Source: an uncultured Clostridia bacterium (GTDB lineage Bacteria > Bacillota > Clostridia > CAKSNL01 > HGM11501). Taken from it: a DNA stretch of 64,000 bases. The notes under the pieces were generated by a model. It saw only the letters and a list, made by a program, of their open reading frames with translations. It did no database searches and was not told the DNA's origin. The translations under genes and the position numbers were made by a program. Shown here in pieces: positions 58,263 to 64,000 of this stretch; position 1 is the first letter of the stretch; each line of letters begins with the position of its first letter. The stretch lies in the NCBI GenBank assembly GCA_934476235.1, contig CAKSNL010000005.1, positions 40,989 through 104,988 of the forward strand, written 5' to 3'.

Positions 58263-58391
58263 GAGCAAAAAAATCAAGATTTTTTGTCATCTGTGACAAA
58301 AAAGTTAAGGAATACATACGGTGAATATGTTAAAATAACATATATAGAACCTTAAATATCAAATATTGAACATTAAGGAAGGGAAATAAAA

Positions 58392-59519
58392 ATGAAAGAA
58401 GTCACAATTTTGGGAAAGCTACCTGACCCGTTTTTAAAAAAGGACGGAACAAAGGTGACTCCCGAGGAGTGGAAAAGCTACAGAAAAGAGCTTTTGGAAA
58501 AGACCGTTCACTTAGCGTACGGCGGCATGCCGCCGAGACCCGAGGAGGTTAAAATAGAGCCGCTTAACGACACAGCGAGAAGCCTTGCCGGAAGGTGGTA
58601 TAAAATTTATGCCGGAAAAAAGGAGCACAAGGTGAGCTTTCTTTTGGAGCTTTTGGTTCCGTTTGTACCGGGGAAGGCAAAAACTCCTTACGACCCGTTC
58701 GGAGAAGGTGAAAAATATCCTGTTCTTTTGACGGGGGACGCCTGCTATATGAACTGTGAGAGCGATACCGTCGGCGAGGCAAGAAGGCGCGGATACATAG
58801 TTGCAAGGTTTAACAGACTGGAGCTTGCGAGCGATCTTAAGGATAAGGGACGCGTCGGCGGTTTATATGACATCTATCCGGAAAACACGGAATTTACCGC
58901 GATCTCCGCATGGGCGTGGGGCTACAGCGTGTGTATGGACGTTTTTGAGAGGCTGTCCTTTACCGACGAAACGGAGGTCGGGATAACCGGTCATTCGCGC
59001 GGAGGAAAAACGGTGCTCCTTGCCGCGGCGACGGATGAGCGCATAAAATATGTGTGCCCGAATAATTCCGGGCTTCACGGGTGTGCGCCGTACCGTTACA
59101 TGGTGCTGGATACCGAGACCGGCAAGAGGACCGAAACGCTTTCCGATATGCTCAGTGCATTTCCGCATTGGATGGGAAAGGGGCTTTGGGACTATGAAGG
59201 AAGAGAAAATGAGCTTCCTTATGACGCTAACTTTTTCGGCACGTTCGTCGCGCCGAGGTATTATCTTCAGTGCGAGGGAATGCAGGATTACTGGATAAAT
59301 CCGCAGGGCAGCTATCAGTCCTTTATGGCGGTGAAAAAGGCATTTGACTATCTGGGGTGCTTTGAACATGCCGGTGCGTGGTTCAGACCCGGCGAGCACA
59401 GGCATAAGCTTCCCGATTTCACACAGTTTTTGGATTTCATGGACAGGGCAAGAAAAGGGCTCCCGGTTGCAGAGCACCTTAAAATGAATCCCTATCCTTG
59501 TGATGAAGCAATATATTAA
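58392..59519 (+). CDS. CE15-like glucuronoyl esterase (alpha/beta hydrolase), no signal peptide
   Basis: N-terminal LPDPF...G..V.T.EEW block and the nucleophile motif GHSRGGK, both characteristic of bacterial CE15 enzymes. Confidence 0.65.
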   Translation: MKEVTILGKLPDPFLKKDGTKVTPEEWKSYRKELLEKTVHLAYGGMPPRPEEVKIEPLNDTARSLAGRWYKIYAGKKEHKVSFLLELLVPFVPGKAKTPYDPFGEGEKYPVLLTGDACYMNCESDTVGEARRRGYIVARFNRLELASDLKDKGRVGGLYDIYPENTEFTAISAWAWGYSVCMDVFERLSFTDETEVGITGHSRGGKTVLLAAATDERIKYVCPNNSGLHGCAPYRYMVLDTETGKRTETLSDMLSAFPHWMGKGLWDYEGRENELPYDANFFGTFVAPRYYLQCEGMQDYWINPQGSYQSFMAVKKAFDYLGCFEHAGAWFRPGEHRHKLPDFTQFLDFMDRARKGLPVAEHLKMNPYPCDEAIY

Positions 59520-59539
59520 TTATTTTAAGGAGGACAAAC

Positions 59540-62302
59540 ATGAAAAAATTAACTTGCATTTTACTGGTTCTTCTGATGGCGCTTTCACTTATAGGCGTGC
59601 AGGCGGCGGATAAAAAGACATATCTGCCGGATGACTCCATAAAATCCGGCGCCGTGAAGGCGGACGGCGGAAAGCTCACGGGATTTTCCGACGGGCAGTA
59701 TTTCGGCTTTAAGGGAGTTGACTTAACGGGCATAAAATCCGTCAAGGTCGAGGGAAAAAGCTTTTTCACAGGCTTTAACTGCGAGATTTTTCAGGTCAGA
59801 ACAGACTCGCCCAATAGGGAGAGCGAGGTTTTGGGCTATGTTAAGTTTGACGAAGCGGGAGAGAACACCTTTTTGGCGAACTTAAAGGAAATAAGCGGCG
59901 TTCATGACGTTTATTTTGTTGCACAGTTCATGTCCGGCAATACGGCAAGACATTATGCCGAGGTTTATAAGGTCACGTTTTCCGATGACGTTATACCGGC
60001 TTATGAGCCTGTGCCCGATTCCGCAATAATTGATAATTATTCTGACACCTGGGTGGCAACCGACAGCTTGGGGCAGAGCGTTGCGGATTACGAGGAGACC
60101 GGCGCGGTCAGGGACGACTGCTATGTCGGAATGTTTTTCTGGAACTGGCACGGAAAAAACGATAAGGCGGTTGCATATCTTCCGTGGAAGGTCGTAGAGG
60201 AAAATCCCGACGCGGCAGGAAACTACACGCACAAGGCGTGGGATACCGAGGGATATTTCTTCTGGAACGAGCCGGTTTTCGGATTTTATGATTCGACCGA
60301 CTACTGGGTGTACAGAAAACAGGCGGTGCTTTTGGCAAATGCCGGGGTTGACGTTATTTTCTTTGACAATACAAACGGATCGACTTCCTACTATGAAGCT
60401 CTGAATGTTCATTACAAGGCATGGCGCGATGCGAGAGAGTCCGGCGTAAATGCTCCCAAGATAAGCTTCTTCACGTCATGGAAGGACGGAAGAGTTGAGG
60501 GCATCAAGTTTATTTATGAGGAGATATTCAGAGACGGGGAATATTCCGACCTCTGGTTCTATTGGGACGGCAAGCCCTTTATAATCGGGGACAGAGCGTA
60601 CGTGGATCAGCCCGATGACCCCAATGACCCCGTTGACGTAGCGCTCACGAAAGAGGCGTTTGACTTCTTTACAATGCGACGTTCGGGGTCAAGAGTATCC
60701 GGCGTTAAGCCCGGAGACACGACAGAGCAGACCGGCGGACAGAAAAGACAGGATGAAATTCAGTGGCTTGACAACTATCCGCAGTACCCCTACAGTGTTG
60801 ATGAGGAGACCGGAAGACCGGAGTTCATGTCCCTGGGACTTGCTATAAACGAGTCCATTGTCTGGGGCGTAAGCCAGACGGGTGTGTTCTCAGATCCCTA
60901 TACAAAGGGAAGAAGCTACGCTGAGGCGTTCGGCGAAGATCTTTCGGAGAAGGCATATCTTCGCAACTGGTTCTTCCGCGAGCAGCAGTCGAGGGTGCTT
61001 GATTCCGACCCGAGATTTGTTTTCGTGGACGGCTGGAACGAGTGGACCGCCGGAAGGCAGCAGATTTATTCGGGCGTTCCCAATTCATTCGTTGATACAT
61101 ATGACAACAGGGGAAGCCGAGACATCGAGCCGACCATGGGCGACCTTAAGGATATAAGCTATTCGATGTTTGTCGATTTTGTGAGAAAGTATAAGGGCAC
61201 GCGCCCTGCTCCTGTTGCGGGAGATGAAAAGACAATTGATATAAACGGCGATTTGTCGCAGTGGGATTCGGTTACTCCCGAGTTTATCAATGACTATGAC
61301 AATTACGAGAGAGATTCCTATGGCTACCGCGACAAGGATACAAGGGAGAAATACCACTATACAACGACCGTTAATAATTCAATCTCCCGCGCAAAGGTAT
61401 CGCGCGACAGTGAGAACTTCTATTTCTATGTCAAGACCGTGGAGGATATTAAAGAGGGAACACCCGGCTGGATGAACCTTTATATCAACGCGGACAGAAA
61501 CTATGCGACCGGATGGGAAGGCTATGAGTACACCGTTAACGTAACGGGAGCCGGCAAGATAGCAAAGAACACGGGAACGGACTATTCGTGGCAGGAGATA
61601 GGAACGGTTGACTATAAGGTATCGGGCAACACGCTCACGGTGAAGATACCCAGGGCGCTGATAGACGAAACCGGCACCGCTGACCTTGAGTTTAAGTGGA
61701 CGGATTCCGTTGACTGCAAGGGCGACCTCGTTCGCTTCTATGCTGACGGCTCAGTTGCTCCGATGGGTAGATTCAATTATCTCTATACGGAAATTCAGCA
61801 GACCGCAATTGAAGGAAACGATAAGGATAACCTTACCGGAACCACGGTAATCGGTGCGGGCAAGGGCAAAATGATCGTTTCCGGCGCTAAGATGAAGGTA
61901 TATGAGAAGGACACGAGAGTGCTTCCCGTAATGATGAACGGCACGCTCTATATCCCGGCAGAATCGCTTTCTGATATATTGGGTTACGGCAAAACAAAGG
62001 TTGAATATGATGCGTATGACAATATGCTCTTTGTAACGAGCCATGACCTTGAGGGAACGAAGATAACAGACTACAGATGGACGTATACGGTGCTTGGCTC
62101 TCTTTCGGGAGCGATAAACGGAAAAGATACCGTACTTTCAAATCCCGTGACGGCGGTTGACGGCATCATATATGTTCCTGTAACGTATCTTTCGGAAGTG
62201 TTCGGTTTGAACGTTTTCGATATGGGCGACGGAGTTTACCAGATCACGAAATACACCGCTGACCGCGCACTTATTGACCGTGTACGTTCGCATCTGGGTT
62301 AA
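59540..62302 (+). CDS. secreted multidomain carbohydrate-active protein (CBM6/35-like N-domain, unassigned catalytic core, C-terminal copper-amine-oxidase-N-like domain)
   Basis: Signal peptide ending VQA|AD, then a CBM-like beta-sandwich and a central region (WVATDSLG, FFWNWHG, AGVDVIFFDNTN, GWNEW). The C-terminal MNGTLYIPAESL...LF(V)T stalk domain is typical of clostridial surface proteins. Confidence 0.6.
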   Translation: MKKLTCILLVLLMALSLIGVQAADKKTYLPDDSIKSGAVKADGGKLTGFSDGQYFGFKGVDLTGIKSVKVEGKSFFTGFNCEIFQVRTDSPNRESEVLGYVKFDEAGENTFLANLKEISGVHDVYFVAQFMSGNTARHYAEVYKVTFSDDVIPAYEPVPDSAIIDNYSDTWVATDSLGQSVADYEETGAVRDDCYVGMFFWNWHGKNDKAVAYLPWKVVEENPDAAGNYTHKAWDTEGYFFWNEPVFGFYDSTDYWVYRKQAVLLANAGVDVIFFDNTNGSTSYYEALNVHYKAWRDARESGVNAPKISFFTSWKDGRVEGIKFIYEEIFRDGEYSDLWFYWDGKPFIIGDRAYVDQPDDPNDPVDVALTKEAFDFFTMRRSGSRVSGVKPGDTTEQTGGQKRQDEIQWLDNYPQYPYSVDEETGRPEFMSLGLAINESIVWGVSQTGVFSDPYTKGRSYAEAFGEDLSEKAYLRNWFFREQQSRVLDSDPRFVFVDGWNEWTAGRQQIYSGVPNSFVDTYDNRGSRDIEPTMGDLKDISYSMFVDFVRKYKGTRPAPVAGDEKTIDINGDLSQWDSVTPEFINDYDNYERDSYGYRDKDTREKYHYTTTVNNSISRAKVSRDSENFYFYVKTVEDIKEGTPGWMNLYINADRNYATGWEGYEYTVNVTGAGKIAKNTGTDYSWQEIGTVDYKVSGNTLTVKIPRALIDETGTADLEFKWTDSVDCKGDLVRFYADGSVAPMGRFNYLYTEIQQTAIEGNDKDNLTGTTVIGAGKGKMIVSGAKMKVYEKDTRVLPVMMNGTLYIPAESLSDILGYGKTKVEYDAYDNMLFVTSHDLEGTKITDYRWTYTVLGSLSGAINGKDTVLSNPVTAVDGIIYVPVTYLSEVFGLNVFDMGDGVYQITKYTADRALIDRVRSHLG

Positions 62303-62311
62303 GGAGGGAAA

Positions 62312-64000
62312 ATGATGAAAAAAATAACAGCTTTACTGCTTTCGGTTTTGCTCGCATTCGGGTGCCTTACCGCGTTTGCCGATAATTCTGACTATGTAGA
62401 GGGAAAGACGGATTGGGAGGTGAGTGCAACAAGCGCGAAAACGCCCATCACCAATGCATTTGACAATGACCTTTCGACGTTCTGGCATTCTAACTACACC
62501 GTAAAAGAGGACGGGCAGAATGAAAGAGATCCGATGCCCTACTATGTTGAGATAAAGCTCCCGGTAGTGACTGTGGTTTCGGGCTTTGTATACACTCCGA
62601 GGCAGAATGAAAAATCTCCGTCCGGAAGATTTCTGGAGTACGCACTTTACGCAACGAGCGACAATTCGGAAGATTATATAAAAATATCTTCAGGCAATTT
62701 TGAAAACAACGACTCTGTAAAGACTGTTGATTTCGGCTATAACATCAAGGTGAAAAACCTTAAGCTTGAGGTAGTATCCGGTGTCAACGGTTATGCGACT
62801 ATGACGGAATTTGATCTTGTGAAGTCAAAGAAGGACTATAAAGAGATCTCACCTAAAGAGCTTGCGGCTGAAATTGAGAGAAAGCAGCGCGAAGAGGAGG
62901 AAAATTCGCTCTATATTATCGGAAAGTCCAAATGGACGGTAACCGCATCGAGCGAAAAATCCTGGGGACCCATCACCAACGCGTTTGACGGTGACCCGGT
63001 AACAACGTGGCACACGGATTTTGATGATAAGGATTCGTCGAACAGGGACGCTCCTCCTTACACTATAGATATAACACTTCCCGAGGAGAAAACGGTTTCC
63101 GGATGGGTATACACGCCCCGTCAGAACACCATCTCAAAGTCCGGCTGGATACTTGAGTATGAGCTTTACGGTTCGGACGGCTCGGAGGATTATATTCTTC
63201 TTGATAAAAACACATTTGCGGCTAACAGTAACGTAAAGATTGTATCGTTTGACGTTAACGTAACCGTGAAAAAGCTCAGACTTGTGGTTCTGGTCGGAAT
63301 GAACACCTACGGCACGATGGGCGAGTTTGACCTTGTCAATAAGAAAAAGGAGTATGACACGGTAGCTCTTTCGGGATACACCGAGTACAAAAAGGAGAAC
63401 GCAATTTACAGAATTGACAATACGGACTTCTCGGCGGAAGCAAACTCGGTCTGGAACAACAATTCCGGAGCAAGGGCGGTTGACGGGATGACGGGCACAT
63501 ACTGGCACGAAAAGCCCGGAGAAGGCGGACCTTATAAGCTTACCGTCGATATGAACGGAATTCACACCATATCAGGCTTTGAGTATACACCCAGGCAGGA
63601 CGATATTAAGGGTCACTGGAAAAAGTTTAACGTTTACGTAGGTATGGATCCCGATAATCTTACCAAGGTTGTTGACGGAAAAGAATTTGAGCCCGACTTC
63701 TCGATTAAGAGAGTTATGTTTGACGAGAGCGTTTCGTGCAGATACATTATGTTCGAAATAACTGAGGCAAACGTTCACTGCGCGGCGGCGGAGGTGACCT
63801 TCCTTCAGACAAAGAAGGCAAGAGAGGCTGAAGGCGTGGCGGAAAGCGAAAAGTATGTTCTCGCGATCGGCAAAAAGTCAATCTCGGTTCAGAAGGGCGA
63901 GGAGAGCACGGAAAAGGAGATTGACGTTGCTCCCTATATCAGAAACGGAAGCACGCTGATTCCCCTCCGCGGACTTTTGGAGGAAATGGGCGCGACCGTT
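62312..64000 (+). CDS. secreted protein with three F5/8 type C (discoidin/CBM32-like) modules; 3' end beyond the window; not in the supplied ORF track
   Basis: AAGGAGGG RBS. Hand translation of all 563 codons to the window edge found no stop. Signal peptide ending AFA|D. At the edge a copper-amine-oxidase-N-like domain begins (YIRNGSTLIPLRGLLEEMGA). Confidence 0.8.
   Translation, partial: MMKKITALLLSVLLAFGCLTAFADNSDYVEGKTDWEVSATSAKTPITNAFDNDLSTFWHSNYTVKEDGQNERDPMPYYVEIKLPVVTVVSGFVYTPRQNEKSPSGRFLEYALYATSDNSEDYIKISSGNFENNDSVKTVDFGYNIKVKNLKLEVVSGVNGYATMTEFDLVKSKKDYKEISPKELAAEIERKQREEEENSLYIIGKSKWTVTASSEKSWGPITNAFDGDPVTTWHTDFDDKDSSNRDAPPYTIDITLPEEKTVSGWVYTPRQNTISKSGWILEYELYGSDGSEDYILLDKNTFAANSNVKIVSFDVNVTVKKLRLVVLVGMNTYGTMGEFDLVNKKKEYDTVALSGYTEYKKENAIYRIDNTDFSAEANSVWNNNSGARAVDGMTGTYWHEKPGEGGPYKLTVDMNGIHTISGFEYTPRQDDIKGHWKKFNVYVGMDPDNLTKVVDGKEFEPDFSIKRVMFDESVSCRYIMFEITEANVHCAAAEVTFLQTKKAREAEGVAESEKYVLAIGKKSISVQKGEESTEKEIDVAPYIRNGSTLIPLRGLLEEMGATV
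62402..63814 (+). repeat. three tandem discoidin-like coding modules (about 62402-62830, 62921-63346, 63413-63814)
   Basis: Recurrent pattern W.V.ASS....PI.NAFDGD..T.WH....PY.I.I.L....VSG..YTPRQ.....G.I..Y.LY.S.DG..Y......F......K.V.F......K.L.L.V......Y.TM.EFDLV. Confidence 0.7.

Noticed and set aside
1-64000. Mobile elements, CRISPR arrays, prophage or defence islands, rRNA and tRNA genes.
   Set aside because: I looked for transposase, integrase or recombinase-like ORFs, terminal inverted repeats, regularly spaced direct repeats and cloverleaf-capable sequences in all intergenic gaps. I found none. Gene content is contiguous housekeeping apart from the last 5.6 kb.

Overview
This window looks like a mostly core, strongly plus-strand-biased chromosomal segment of an endospore-forming Clostridia-type Firmicute. 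That assignment rests on the cotJA-cotJB-cotJC operon, a DUF1540 gene, the Prp/L27 propeptide system, Gram-positive RBSs and extended -10 promoters. I see no rRNA, tRNA, CRISPR array, transposase or integrase.

The housekeeping gene order is:
- citrate synthase (5' truncated), then ACT-paaK on the minus strand
- recJ-apt-rel-MBL hydrolase-hemZ
- LCP protein, cyclophilin lipoprotein, gap
- DUF2232-rplI-dnaB-tilS-hpt-ftsH-smc-ftsY-ybaK
- mutS2-nudix-U32-dut-maf-mreBCD-PBP2-minD-mgsA-lepA-hemW-recX-rimO-pgsA
- rplU-prp-rpmA, pgi, thrC, tig-clpP-clpX

Several ORF-track entries carry false N-terminal extensions (ftsH, lepA, hemW, dut, maf, ftsY and others). I corrected these using RBS position and the upstream stop codons.

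The most unusual locus is a tightly packed minus-strand operon at 54557-58062. It joins the membrane subunits of a Na+-translocating decarboxylase to methionine biosynthesis: oadB, a 44-aa OadG-like ORF missing from the track, then metY and metA. A consensus promoter and a roughly 165-nt leader with an intrinsic terminator precede it. That layout is riboswitch-like, but I could not match it to the SAM-I consensus by eye.

The last 5.6 kb is an accessory glycan-processing cluster. It holds a CE15-like esterase without a signal peptide and a 920-aa secreted CBM-containing enzyme. A third ORF is open to the window end and absent from the track; it has three discoidin-like modules.

Smaller oddities:
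- a lysine-rich repeat tail on trigger factor
- a ClpP with an atypical N-terminus
- an orphan minD
- an orphan 136-aa P-loop protein
- a Cys-rich tail on CotJB
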